A stretch of DNA of 64,000 bases. It comes from Octopus vulgaris (taxonomy: Eukaryota). This document shows, piece after piece, positions 12,476-26,765 of the stretch. Within the stretch, counting starts at the first letter, position 1. Each line of letters opens with the position of its first letter. The stretch spans positions 19,592,001 through 19,656,000 of the forward strand of contig OX597817.1 in assembly GCA_951406725.2 (NCBI GenBank). Direction: 5' to 3'. The notes beneath the pieces are model-generated. The model was not told where the DNA came from. It made no database searches and saw only the letters and a list, made by a program, of their open reading frames with translations. The position numbers and the translations under genes are program-made.

Positions 12476-15400
12476 TATATATATATATACAAAACTGAGA
12501 ATGTGTCGTCCTATCTGTCTGTGTGTTTTCCTAAAACTTGAGAACTACTCAGCCAATTTCATTCAAATTTTACACGTGCTTTACTTAGGGTCCATGTATT
12601 GTCATGGGCAAAAAATTCTAACTTCTTGCCTAGGGCGAGCCCACAGCAATATCATACCTTCTCCACTATTTCTAAAATTTTCACCCAAAACTTTATCCCA
12701 AAATTTTCACCAAAATTTTACCCAAAATTTTCACAAAAAATTTTTCGAAAATTTTCACCGAAAACTTTACCCAAAAATTTTCACCAAAAATTTTACCAAA
12801 AAACTTTCACCAAAAATCTTACGAAAATTTTCACCGAAAACTTTACCCAAAAATTTTCACCAAAAATTTTACACAATAATTTTCACCAAAAAATTTTTAG
12901 GTCGAAATTTTCACCGAAAACTTTTCACAAAAATTTTGACCAAAACCAAAAATTTTCACCAAAAATTTTTCGAAAATTTTCACCGAAATCTTTACCCAAA
13001 AATTTTCACCAAAAATTTTTCAAAAATTTTCACCGAAAACTTTACCCAAGAATTTTCACCAAAAATTTTACCCAAAAATTTTCACCAAAAATTTTACAAA
13101 AAATTTTCAACAAAATTTTTCGAAAATTTTCACCCAAACCTTTACCCAAAATTTTTCGAAAATTTTCACCGAAAACTTTACCCAAAAATTTTCACCAGAA
13201 ATTTTACCCAAAAATTTTTACCAAAAATTTTTCGAAAATATTCAACGAAAACTTTACCCAATAATTTTCACCAAAAATTTTACCCAAAAATTTTCACCGA
13301 AAACTTTACCCAAAAATTTTCACCAAAAATTTTAACAAAAAATTTTCACCAAAAATTTTTCGAAAATTTTCACCAAAAATTTTACCAAAAACTTTCACCA
13401 AAAATCTTACGAAAATTTTCACCGAAAACTTTACCCAAAAATTTTCACCAAAAATTTTACACAATAATTTTCACCAAAAATTTTTCGTAAAATTTTCACC
13501 GAAAATTTTTGGGTAAAAATTTTCGGTGAAAATTTTTGAAAAAATTTTCACAAAAATTTTTCGAAAATTTTCACCGAAAATTTACCAAAATTTTCAAAAA
13601 ATTTTTGGTGAAAATTTTTGTGTAAAAATTTTGGGTAAAGTTTTTCGGTGACCAAAAATTTTTCGAAAATTTTCAATAAAATTTTTGGAAAATTTTCATG
13701 AAAATTTTTGGGTAAAATTTTTGGGTGAAAATTTTTGGTAAAGTTTGGGTGAAAATTTATAATCCAAAAATTTTTGGTGAAAACTTTGGGTAAAGTTTTT
13801 GGTGAAAATTTACGAAAAATTTTTTGGTGAAAATTTTAGTAAAATTTTCACCAAAAGTTTTTGGTGAAACTTTTTTGGGGAAAATTTTCGAAAAATTTTT
13901 GAAAATTTTTGTGGAAAATTTTTGGTGAAAATTTTTGGGTAAAATTTTTGGTGAAAATATTTGGGTAAAGTTTTCGGTGAAAATTTTCGAAAAATTTTCG
14001 AAAGTTTTCACCAACAACTTTTCGAAAGTTTTCACCCAAAACTTTACCCAAAAATTTTCACCCAAAACTTTACCCAAAAATTTTCACCAAAATTTTACCC
14101 AAAATTTTACCCAAAAATTTTCACCAAAACTTTTTCGAAAATTTTCACCCAAAACTTTACCCAAAAATTTTTACCAAAATTTTACCCAAAATTTTCACCA
14201 AAAATTTTTGGAAAATTTTCACCGAAAACTTTACCCAAAAATTTTCACCAAAAATTTTAAACCAAAATTTTCACCAAAAATTTTCGCCAAAATTTTCTGA
14301 AAATTTTCACCAAAAATCTTTCTCCAAAATTTTTCCAAAATTTTCACCAACAACTTTTCGAAAGTTTTCACCCAAGATTTTACCTAAAAATTTTATGAAA
14401 ATTTCCACCGAAAATTTTACACAAAAATTTTCACCAAAAATATTTCGAAAATTTTCACCCAAAACTTTACCCAAAAATTTTCACAAAAATTTTACACAAA
14501 AATTTTCAACAAAAATTTTTCGAAAATTTTCACCGAAAACTTTACCCAAAAGTTTTTTGAAAATTTCACCCAAAAATTTTTCGAAAATTTTCTCCAAGAA
14601 TTTTTCCAAAATTTTCACCGAAGACTTTACCCAAAAGTTTTTGAAAATTTTAACCAAAAATTTTTGGTGAAAATTTTTCGAAAATTTTCACCGAAAACTT
14701 TACCCGAAAGTTTTTGAAAATTTCACCCAAAAATTTTCGAAAATTTTCTCCAAGAATTTTTCCAAAATTTTCACCAACAACTTTTCGAAAGTTTTCACCC
14801 AAGACTTTACCCAAAAATTTTCACAAAATTTTACACAAAGATTTTCATCAAAAATTTTTCGAAAATTTTCACCGAAGACTTTAACCCAAAAAGTTTTTTG
14901 AAAATTTCACCAAAAATTTTTCGAAAATTTTCTCCAAGAATTTTTCCAAAATTTTCACCAACAACTTTTCGAAAGTTTTCATCCAAGACTTTACCCAAAA
15001 ATTTTCACCCAAAACTTTACCCAAAAATTTCACCAAAAATTTTACCCAAAATTTTACCCAAAAATTTTCACCAAAAATTTTACACAATAATTTTTCACCA
15101 AAAAATTTTTCGAAATTTTCACCGAAAATTTTTACCCAAAAATTTTTTAAAAATTTTACCAAAATTTTCACCAAAATTTTTCGAAAATTTTCACCGAAAA
15201 ACCAAAAATTTTCATCACAAAAATTTTCACCAAAAATTTTCACCATCGAAAATTTTCACCGAAAACTTTACCCAAAATTTTTCGAAAACTTTACCCAAAA
15301 ATTTTCACCAGAAATTTTACCCAAAAATTTTTACCAAAAATTTTTCGAAAATATTCACCGAAAACTTTACCCAATAATTTTCACTAAAAATTTTACCCAA

Positions 15401-16300
15401 AAATTTTCACCGAAAACTTTACCCAAAAATTTTCAACAAAAATTTTAACAAAAAATTTTCACCAAAAATTTTTCGAAAATTTTCACCGAAATCTTTAACC
15501 CAAAAATTTTCACCAAAAATTTTACCCAAAAATTTTCACCAAAAATTTTTCGAAAATTTTCACCGAAAACTTTACCCAAAAATTTTCACCGAAAACTTTA
15601 CCCAATAATTTTCACGAAAAATTTTACCCAAAAATTTTCACCGAAAACTTTCCCCAAAAATTTTCACCAAAAATTTTACCCAATAATTTTCACCAAAAAT
15701 TTTTCGAAAATTTTCACCGAAAATTTTACCCAATAATTTTCACCAAAAATTTTACCCAAAATTTTCAGCGAAACTTTACCCAAAAATTTTCACCAAAAAT
15801 TTTACACAAAAATTTTTCGAAAATTTTCACCGAAAACTTTACCCAAAAATTTTCACCAAAAATTTTTCGAAAATTTTGACCGAAAACTTTACCCAAAAAT
15901 TTTACGAAAATTTTCACCGAAAACTTTACCCAAAAGTTTTTCGAAAATTTTAACCAAAAATTTTCACCAAAAATTTTTCGAAAATTTTCCGCAAGAATTT
16001 TTTAAAATTTTCACCGAAAACTTTACCAAAAAGTAAAGTTAGGCTGGATTGTAGCCACACTTCTATACAAGAGTCAGGACAAGATACAATTGATCGAAAT
16101 TACAAGAGACGGGCTAGCAATTCCAGTCTGTTATATATTTTGAGTATTGTTATCACTAGCGAAATCAAGATATAACTTTGGATTTTGTATTTTATGTGTA
16201 AATGTATATATATAGATGTAGATGTAATATGTACACATATATATACACATATATACATGCACTATCACTATAACCCGGCAAAGACGGGTCTTTAATGCTA

Positions 16301-16301
<1 letters not shown>
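12475..16301 (+). mobile_element. Helitron-like element enclosing satellite (copy 2)
   Basis: Same 5' arm; hairpin plus CTAG at 16298-16301. Confidence 0.6.
12673..16031. repeat. Satellite block 3 with internal inverted patch (~13505-13985)
   Basis: CACC-strand, then GGTG-strand, then CACC-strand. Confidence 0.93.
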
Positions 16302-16344
<43 letters not shown>

Positions 16345-16559
16345 ATACACCTAGACATACATGTATACACATACATGTACATCTATAGAAATACATCTAT
16401 ACATATACAGCTATACATATACATGTATACATATACAGCTATATATATATACATGTATATATATATATATGTATATATATTTATTTATTTATATACATAT
16501 ATACATCCATATACATATAATAGAGAGATGTTTTTGTTTCACTTTTAACACGTAAGACT

Positions 16560-16917
16560 GAAATAGTGGAAAAGGTATGATATTGCTGTGGGCTCGCCCT
16601 AGGCAAGAAGTTAGAATTTTTGCCCATGACAATACATGGACCCTAAGTAAAGCACGTGTAAAATTTGAATGAAATTGGCTGAGTAGTTCTCAAGTTTTAG
16701 GAAAACACACAGACAGATAGGCAGACACATTCTCAGTTTTGTATATATATATAGGCGCAGGAGACGCTGTATGGTAAGTAGCTTGTTTACCAACCACATG
16801 GTTCCGAGTTCAGTCCAACTGCGTGGCACCTTGGGAAAGTGTCTTCTACTATAGCCTCGGGCCAACCAAAGCCTTGTGTTGGATTTGGTAGACGGAAACT
16901 GAAAGAAGCCCGTCGTA

Positions 16918-16977
<60 letters not shown>

Positions 16978-17173
16978 TGTGTGTGATTGTGTGTCTGTGT
17001 TTGTCCCCCTAACATTGCTTGACAACCGATGCCGGTGTATTTATGTCCTTGTTACTTAGCGGTTCGGCAAAAGAGACCGATAGAATAAGTCCCGGCGTCG
17101 ATTTGCTCGATTAAAGGCTGTGCTCCAGCATGGCCGCAGTCAAATGACTGAAACAACTAAAAGAGAAAGAGAA

Positions 17174-17217
<44 letters not shown>

Positions 17218-17465
17218 CATATATGCATACACACACATACATATATATTTGGAATTTACAAAAGAAACGAACAAAAGACGAAGACGGGTGTGTAAACAGC
17301 AAACAGGTTTATTAAAAATAGATATAGGGGACACAAGAATTTATTTATTCACCCCCATATAAAAATATTCCACGATATTAGCATCATACATTAACCACCT
17401 CATACATTCTAACATTGAGTATAATTAACGATGATCGATAATTACTGAATCAACACCATAGAACA
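16560..17465 (-). repeat. Inverted repeat arm pairing with 11782-12672 (includes + strand SINE 16754-17160)
   Basis: Reverse-complement match over ~0.9 kb. Confidence 0.92.
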
Positions 17466-17541
17466 CATATACTAAATTGTATAGGCTTTGCATCAAGGAA
17501 TCGAGTAGCATACTATACGCTAATAATAGAAATAAAGACGT

Positions 17542-19279
17542 TTTCTTTATTAGGCACTCAGGCCACTAACACAGACGGGACACTACAAGGATAGACACAA
17601 CACCACAATGGGGACAAAAAACACAAAATGAATGAGTATGAATATTATATACTAATGAAAGATGAATGACTGCATGGGCCCCACTCCTCATGCAGTACCA
17701 TTTGAACACTTGTACACATAGTCACTATCTATTGTTTTTTCTTTCTTTAATTATGTTTTTTTCTAAAACATTTTCCTTTCTTTTTTCCTTTTTTTTTTAA
17801 ATACAATTAATTTTACTTTTATTCCTCTTTAACGCCTCATGCTGGTGGCAGCTCATTGAACTCCACCAGTGCTCCGGCTGGGTCAATTTTACTTCCGCAC
17901 ATGTCTCCCAGTTTCTAATAGGTTTTTCTATCGACCACGACGGCGTTCACACTCTCTAGATACACGTCGTTTGGTAACTTTACCCTTATAACGTGCTTAA
18001 ACTTTACGATTTTTTTCTCCACCTCCTCGTTCTTGAAATAGGTCACGAAATTCCATTTGTAACTCCCTCCGCTCGGCTTTCTCTTTTCTTCCTCCACTAC
18101 CCTTCCTATTATAGATTCCTCTATACTCTTCTCTAAGTCTAGGACCTTCTCTTTCTCCGTCTTTACTGCAACCAGTTTTTCCGTTTCGTCCTCTTGTACT
18201 TGAATTCCTGAGTCTTCCCTCAATTTACCTATCATCTTCATATTTGTTTCCTCCTTCTCTGACTCTTTTTCACACATCTTCTCAATTATTTTTTCCTTTC
18301 CTTTATTGTCGTTACCTCTTTCTTTTCCATCCCTTTTTTCTTCTTTTTCTGATTAGTCGGTGGTGGGCTTACCCTGCCGCTCCTCCTTCTTTCTCTTTCC
18401 ACTAGTGTGAATTCTTCTACCGCTGTTGTCTCATTATTCTCACCTGTTCGACATTTTCTGTAGTCTCTCTCTGTTCTTTTCTTGGGCATCTCACCTTCAT
18501 GTGTCCTTTTTCGCCACATTCGTAACACACAGGTGGTTTCCCCACCACCTTCATTCTTTGTGCAAAACCGTCAGTTATCACTATATCCTCTGTTATTCTA
18601 TTCAAGTCTTCCACTGTTGCCTGGATTGTTAGCTCCAACCCATTGCCCCAGTAGTCCAACATGTTCGTTCTGGTGGTCTTCAGTATTCTGGCCTCGTCTT
18701 CCATGTTGTACATAATGGCTGTCATTAGCCATGCTTCCTCAAACTCAGGGGGCACTTGGCCTACCCGAACTCTCACCACACGTTTGCCGCAAATGGATGG
18801 CAGAAAAATCACTCTTCTGGATGGATTGCCTCCGTCGCATGCCTCACCGTTTCATCTTCCGATGTGAAACGCACATCTACAGTGGCATATTTTCTGCCTC
18901 TTGCTCGGAATGTTATTACGTTTTTCATATTTTCCAACACGTTCTCAATCTCCTCCACAGTTGCTATCTCGATTCACCCTGTGGTAACCTTCATGGTCTT
19001 GTAGGTCACCGTCTTCTTCCTATCGTTGTCCATTAGTTCCTCTGGTGGCGTCAATTTTATCTTTTCTTCTTCCTTTTTCAGCAGCTTTTCACTAGTCTTC
19101 ATCTTCCTGGGCTCTACCTTTATTTCAAAGGTCTCTAATGATTCCTTCGCTGCTCCTCTTCCAGTTGCGGCTGCATAGCTGTGGCCGCCCTCTGGCGCTT
19201 CTCCATTTTCCTCAACGGGAAAGTTTAACAACACAAAACTTAACGGTATAACAAACGATATTAACAACGGTTTTAACAA
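17542..19279 (-). pseudogene. Disrupted ORF1 (gag-like, CCHC zinc knuckle) of an L1/Tx1-like non-LTR element, no ORF2
   Basis: N-terminal HSYAAAT motif, RRM-like middle, CYECGEKGHMKVRC (CX2CX4HX4C), E/K-rich tail; in-frame TGA at 18974-18976 and frameshifts at ~18812, ~18440, ~18290, ~17925; 3' UTR ends AATAAAGAAAA. Confidence 0.78.
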
Positions 19280-19892
19280 CAGCAGTAATCAACAATAAAT
19301 TCTACTCACAAATACAACTCAACTTCTATAACTCAACTTATTAAATAAAGTTACAGACATTTTTGTATGTAATAAGCATAAATATTTAGCGTCTTATAAT
19401 TTTCTTAAATTTAAAATTTAATTTTTTAGAATATAAAATTTCATAGCTTTTTGAAAATACGATCCAATTAGATCATTAGATCCAATGAACATTTATGCAC
19501 GAACCTGTAATCAATTTCTTTTTATAGTAGTATACAGAGTGGACAATTCCCATTGGCTATTATTTGCATGATTAACTAAAGTTAATCTTTCAATGATTTT
19601 CATTTCTTATTTAAACGTGGTAATCCTCTTGAAAAAACTTCAGGACCTCAAATAATGCTGTCACTTATCGATACTCAAAAACTGAACTTTCACCAACTGA
19701 ATACTCACCATGTAGTGCCTTACTGCTTTTTGGTGGATTTTACCTCGAGAAAGGAACCCTGAGGAAAGAGGGCTGAATTTCGAATACTTCGACAACCACT
19801 TTTCTGAAACGGCTGCAGGTTAGGAAATAATTTTTAATTGCCTCTTTCAATTCAGGTTTTTATTTTCATGTTTATAGTCGTATTTCATTATG

Positions 19893-20166
19893 TTTTGGGT
19901 TGTCCGGAAATGTCGTTCCGATTTTTAAAGGAAAGAAAATGGCCAATAAATACTTGCCATTACATTTTTGATGAACCAAATCTGAACCATTTCGTTGCAC
20001 AATACGTCTCCATCTTTCCTTTGCCTTGAAAATACCCGCTTCCCAGAATTGAGGTGGTTTCAAGGCAAATAATTCATCAAGGTATCTTTTTACGTCATCT
20101 AAGGAATTGAAATTTTCATCATTAAGACTATTCTGCAGAGACCTGAATAAGTGGAAATCCGAAGGA
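19893..20166 (-). mobile_element. Mariner transposase C-terminal fragment (copy 2)
   Basis: Near-identical to 8355-8628. Confidence 0.85.
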
Positions 20167-22201
20167 TTTTTTGAGTAAAGTTTTTGAGTAAAGTTTTGGG
20201 TGAAAATTTTCCAAAAATTTTTGGTGAAAATTTTTGTGTAAAATTTTTGGTGAAAATTTTTGGGTAAAGTTTCCGGTGAAAATTTTCGAAAAATTTTTGG
20301 TGAAAATTTTTGGTTAAAGTTTTTGGTGAAAATTTTTGGATAAAGTTTTCGGTGAAAATTTTTGGGTAAAATTTTTGGTGAAAATTATTGGGTAAAGTTT
20401 TCGGTGAAAATTTTCAAAAAATTTTTGGTGAAAATTTTTGTGTAAAATTTTTGGTGAAAATTTTTGGGTAAAGTTTTCGGTGAAAATTTTCGGGTAAAAT
20501 TTTTTTGTGAAAAATTTTGTGGGTAAAATTTTTGGTGAAAATTTTGGGATAAAGTTTTCGGGTGAAAATTTTCGAAAAATTATTGGTGAAAATTTTTGGG
20601 TAAAATTTTTGGTGAAAATTTTTGGAAAATTTTTGGTAAAGTTTTCGGTGAAAATTTTCGAAAATTTTTTGTCAAAATTTTTGTAAAATTTTCGGGTAAA
20701 AATTTTTGTTGAAAATTTTTGGGAAAATTTTAGAAAAACTATTTGGGTAAAATTTTCGGTGAAAATTTTTGTAAAATTTTTGGGTAAAGTTTTCGGTGAA
20801 AATTTTCCAATAATTTTTGGTGAAAATTTTCGGAAAATTTTTGGTGAAAATTTTTGGGTAAAGTTTTCGGTTAAAATTTTCGAAAAATTTTTGGTGAAAA
20901 TTTTTGTGTAAAATTTTTGGTGAAAATTTTTGGGTAAAGTTTTCGGTGAAAATTTTCGAAAAATTTTTGGTGAAAATTTTTGGGTAAAATTTTCGGTGAA
21001 AATTTTCGTAAAGATTTTGGTGAAAATTTTTTGGGAAAAATTTTTGGTGAAAATTTTTGAGTAAAATTTTCGGAAAATTTTTGGGTAAAGTCTTGGGTGA
21101 AAATTTTGGTGTAAAATTTTTGGTGAAAATTTTTGGGTAAAGTTTTCGGTGAAAATTTTCCAAAAATTTTTGGTGAAATTTTTGGGTAAAATTTTAGTGA
21201 AAATTTTTGGGTAAAGTTTTGGGTGAAAATTTTTGAGTAAAATTTTCGGAAAATTTTTGGGTAAAGTCATGGGTGAAAACTTTCGAAAAGTTGTTGGTGA
21301 AAATTTTTGAAAATTTTCACCGAAAACTTTACCCAAAAATTTTCACCAAAAATTTTAACCAAGAATTTTTCCAAAATTTTCACCAACAACTTTTCGAAAG
21401 TTTTCACCCAAGACATTACCCAAATATTTTCCGAAAATTTTACTCAAAAATTTTCACCAAAAATTTTACCCAAAAATTTTCACCAAAAATTTTACGAAAA
21501 TTTTCACCGAAAATTTTGCCCAAAAATTTTCACCAAAAATTTTTCGAAAATTTTCACCCAAAACTTTAACCAAAAATTTTCACCAAAAATTTTACACAAA
21601 GATTTTCATCAAAAATTTTTTGAAAATTTTCACCGAAAACTTTAACCAAAAGTTTTTCGAAAATTCTAACCAAAAATTTTTCGAAAACTTTACCCAAAAA
21701 TTTTACCCAAAATTTTCACCGAAAACTTTACCCAAAAGTTTTGCGAAAATTTCAACCAAAAATTTTTCGAAAATTTTCTCTTAGAATTTTTCGAAAATTT
21801 TCACCAACAACTTTTCGAAAGTTTTCACCCAAGACTTTACCCAAAAATTTTGCGAAAATTTTACTCAAAAATTTTCACCAAAAATTTTACCCAAAAATTT
21901 TCACCAAAAATTTTACGAAAATTTTCACCGAAAATTTTACCCAAAAATTTTCAGCAAAACTTTTTCGAAAATTTTCACCCAAAACTTTACCCAAAAATTT
22001 TCACCAAAAATTTTACCCAAAAATCTTCACCAAAAATTTTACGAAAATTTTCACCGAAAATTTTACCCAAAAATTTTCAGCAAAAACTTTTTCGAAAATT
22101 TTCACCCAAAACTTTACCCAAAAATTTTCACCAAAGATTTTACCAAAAATTTTCACCAAAAATTTTTGGAAAATTTTGACCGAAAACTTTACCCAAAAAT
22201 T
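20167..22201. repeat. Satellite block 4, polarity flip at ~21309
   Basis: GGTG-strand then CACC-strand, with mirrored variant monomers. Confidence 0.95.
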
Positions 22202-22443
22202 TGTTCTATGGTGTTGATTCAGTAATTATCGATCATCGTTAATTATACTCAATGTTAGAATGTATGAGGTGGTTAATGTATGATGCTAATATCGTGGAAT
22301 ATTTTTATATGGGGGTGAATAAATAAATTCTTGTGTCCCCTATATCTATTTTTAATAAACCTGTTTGCTGTTTACACACCCGTCTTCGTCTTTTGTTCGT
22401 TTCTTTTGTAAATTCCAAATATATATGTATGTGTGTGTATGCA

Positions 22444-22490
<47 letters not shown>

Positions 22491-22685
22491 TTCTCTTTCT
22501 CTTTTAGTTGTTTCAGTCATTTGAGTGCGGCCATGCTGGAGCACCGCCTTTAATCGAGCAAATCGACGCCGGGACTTATTCTATCGGTCTCTTTTGCCGA
22601 ACCGCTAAGTAACAAGGACATAAATACACCGGCATCGGTTGTCAAGCAATGTTAGGGGACAAACACAGACACACAAACACACACA

Positions 22686-22727
<42 letters not shown>

Positions 22728-22891
22728 TACGACGGGCTTCTTTCAGTTTCCGTCTACCAAATCCACTCACAAGGCTTTGGTTGGCCCGAGGCTATAGTAG
22801 AAGACACTTTCCCAAGGTGCCACGCAGTTGGACTGAACTCGGAACCATGTGGTTGGTAAACAAGCTACTTACCATACAGCGTCTCCTGCGC

Positions 22892-25800
22892 CTATATATA
22901 TATATACAAAACTGAGAATGTGTCGTCCTATCTGTCTGTGTGTTTTCCTAAAACTTGAGAACTACTCAGCCAATTTCATTCAAATTTTACACGTGCTTTA
23001 CTTAGGGTCCATGTATTGTCATGGGCAAAAAATTCTAACTTCTTGCCTAGGGCGAGCCCACAGCAATATCATACCTTCTCCACTATTTCTAAAATTTTCA
23101 CCCAAAACTTTATCCCAAAATTTTCACCAAAAATTTTACCCAAAAATTTTCACAAAAATTTTTCGAAAATTTTCACCGAAAACTTTACCCAAAAATTTTC
23201 ACCAAAAATTTTACCAAAAAACTTTCACCAAAAATCTTACGAAAATTTTCACCGAAAACTTTACCCAAAAATTTTCACCCAAAATTTTACACAATAATTT
23301 TCACCAAAAAATTTTTGTGTAAAATTTTTGGTGAAAATTTTTGGAAAAGTTTTCGGTGAAAATTTTTGAAAAATTTTTGGTGAAAATTTCCGGGTAAAAT
23401 TTTACCAAAAATTTTCACCAAAAATTTTTCGAAAATTTTCACCGAAATCTTTACCCAAAAATTTTCACCAAAAATTTTCAAAAATTTTCACCGAAAACTT
23501 TACCCAAGAATTTTCACCAAAAATTTTACCCAAAAATTTTCACCAAAAATTTTACACAAAAATTTTCAACAAAAATTTTTCGAAAATTTTCACCCAAACC
23601 TTTACCCAAAATTTTTCGAAAATTCTCACCGAAAACTTTACCCAAAAATTTTCACCAGAAATTTTACCCAAAAATTTTTACCAAAAATTTTTCGAAAATA
23701 TTCAACGAAAACTTTACCCAATAATTTTCACCAATAATTTTACCCAAAAATTTTCACCGAAAACTTTACCCAAAAATTTTCACCAAAAATTTTAACAAAA
23801 AATTTTCACCAAAAATTTTTCGAAAATTTTCACCAAAAATTTTACCAAAAAACTTTCACCAAAAATCTTACGAAAATTTTCACCGAAAACCTTACCCAAA
23901 AATTTTCACCCAAAATTTTACACAATAATTTTCACCAAAAAATTTTTGTGTAAAATTTTTGGTGAAAAATTTTTGGGTAAAGTTTTCGGTGAAAATTTTG
24001 AAAAATTTTTGGTGAAAATTTCCGGTAAAATTTTTGGTGAAAATTTTTGGAAAGTTTTCGGTGAAAATTTTCAAAAAATTTTTGGTGAAAATTTTTGTGT
24101 AAAATTTTTGGGTAAAGTTTTCGGTGAAAATTTTCGAGAAATTTTGGGTAAAATTTTTGGGTAAAATTTTTGATGAAAATTTTTGGGTAAAATTTTGGGT
24201 GAAAATTTTTGGGTAAAGTTTGGGTGAAAATTTATAATCCAAAAAATTTTTGGTGAAAACTCTTGGGTAAAGTTTTTGGTGAAAATTTACGAAAAATTTT
24301 TTTGGTGAAAATTTTAGTAAAATTTTGGGGTAAAGTTTTTGGTGAAACTTTTTGGGGAAAATTTTCGAAAAATTTTTTGAAAATTTTTGTGGAAAATTTT
24401 GGTGAAAATTTTTGGGTAAAATTTTTGGTGAAAATATTTGGGTAAAGTTTTCGGTGAAAATTTTCGAAAAATTTTCGAAAGTTTTCACAACAACTTTTCG
24501 AAAGTTTTCACCCAAAACTTTACCCAAAAATTTTCACCCAAAACTTTACCCAAAAATTTCACCAAAATTTTACCCAAAAATTTTACCCAAAAATTTTCAC
24601 CAAAACTTTTTCGAAAATTTTCACCCAAAACTTTACCCAAAAATTTTTACCAAAATTTTACCCAAAAATTTTCACCAAAAATTTTTTGGAAAATTTTCAC
24701 CGAAAACTTTACCCAAAAATTTTCACCAAAAATTTTAAACCAAAATTTTCACCAAAAATTTTCGCCAAAAATTTTCTGAAAATTTTCACCAAAAATCTTT
24801 CTCCAAGAATTTTTCCAAAATTTTCACCAACAACTTTTCGAAAGTTTTCACCCAAGATTTTACCTAAAAATTTTATGAAAATTTCCACCGAAAATTTTAC
24901 ACAAAAATTTTCACCAAAAATATTTCGAAAATTTTCACCCAAAACTTTACCCAAAAATTTTCACAAAAAATTTTACACAAAGATTTTCAACAAAAATTTT
25001 TCGAAAATTTTCACCGAAGACTTTACCCAAAAGTTTTTGAAAATTTCACCCAAAAATTTTCGAAAATTTTCTCCAAGAATTTTTCCAAAATTTTCACCGA
25101 AGACTTTACCCAAAAGTTTTTGAAAATTTTAACCAAAAATTTTTGGTGAAAATTTTTCGAAAATTTTCACCGAAAACTTTACCCGAAAGTTTTTTGAAAA
25201 TTTCACCCAAAAATTTTTCGAAAATTTTCTCCAAGAATTTTTCCAAAATTTTCACCAACAACTTTTCGAAAGTTTTCACCCAAGACTTTACCCAAAAATT
25301 TTCACAAAATTTTACACAAAGATTTTCATCAAAAATTTTTCGAAAATTTTCACCGAAGACTTTAACCCAAAAGTTTTTTGAAAATTTCACCCAAAAATTT
25401 TTCGAAAATTTTCTCCAAAATTTTTCCAAAATTTTCACCAACAACTTTTCGAAAGTTTTCATCCAAGACTTTACCCAAAAATTTTCACCCAAAACTTTAC
25501 CCAAAAATTTCACCAAAATTTTACCCAAAAATTTTACCCAAAAATTTTCACCAAAAATTTTACACAATAATTTTTCACCAAAAAATTTTTCGAAATTTTC
25601 ACCGAAAATTTTACCCAAAAATTTTTTTGAAAAATTTTATCCAAAAATTTTCACCAAAATTTTTCGAAAATTTTCACCGAAAACTTTACCCAAAATTTTT
25701 CGAAAACTTTACCCAAAAATTTTCACCAGAAATTTTACCCAAAAATTTTTACCAAAAATTTTTCGAAAATATTCACCGAAAACTTTACCCAATAATTTTC

Positions 25801-26717
25801 ACTAAAATTTTACCCAAAAATTTTCACCGAAAACTTTACCCAAAAATTTTCAACAAAAATTTTAACAAAAAATTTTCACCAAAAATTTTTCGAAAATTTT
25901 CACCGAAATCTTAACCCAAAAATTTTCACCAAAATTTTACCCAAAAATTTTCACCAAAAATTTTTCGAAAATTTTCACCGAAAACTTTACCCAAAAATTT
26001 TCACCGAAAACTTTACCCAATAATTTTCACGAAAAATTTTACCCAAAAATTTTCACCGAAAACTTTCCCCAAAAATTTTCACCAAAAATTTTACCCAATA
26101 ATTTTCACCAAAAATTTTTCGAAAATTTTCACCGAAAGTTTTACCCAATAATTTTCACCAAAAATTTTACCCAAAAATTTTCAGCGAAACTTTACCCAAA
26201 AATTTTCACCAAAAATTTTACACAAAAATTTTTCGAAAATTTTCACCGAAAACTTTACCCAAAAATTTTCACCAAAAATTTTTCGAAAATTTTGACCGAA
26301 AACTTTACCCAAAAATTTTACGAAAATTTTCACCGAAAACTTTACCCAAAAGTTTTTCGAAAATTTTAACCAAAAATTTTCACCAAAAATTTTTCGAAAA
26401 TTTTCCGCAAGAATTTTTTTAAAATTTTCACCGAAAACTTTACCAAAAAGTAAAGTTAGGCTGGATTGTAGCCACACTTCTATACAAGAGTCAGGACAAG
26501 ATACAATTGATCGAAATTACAAGAGACGGGCTAGCAATTCCAGTCTGTTATATATTTTGAGTATTGTTATCACTAGCGAAATCAAGATATAACTTTGGAT
26601 TTTGTATTTTATGTGTAAATGTATATATATAGATGTAGATGTAATATGTACACATATATATACACATATATACATGCACTATCACTATAACCCGGCAAAG
26701 ACGGGTCTTTAATGCTA

Positions 26718-26718
<1 letters not shown>
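22892..26718 (+). mobile_element. Helitron-like element enclosing satellite block 5 (23090-26449) (copy 3)
   Basis: 5' arm at 22892; hairpin plus CTAG at 26715-26718; inverted satellite patches at ~23312-23400 and ~23945-24465. Confidence 0.6.

Positions 26719-26765
<47 letters not shown>

Larger units (their letters stand above)
11781..22200. repeat. Macro-tandem unit A (10,420 bp)
   Basis: Junction CCCAAAAATTTGTTCTATGG recurs at 11781, 22201, 32601 and 41999 with the same module order. Confidence 0.93.
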
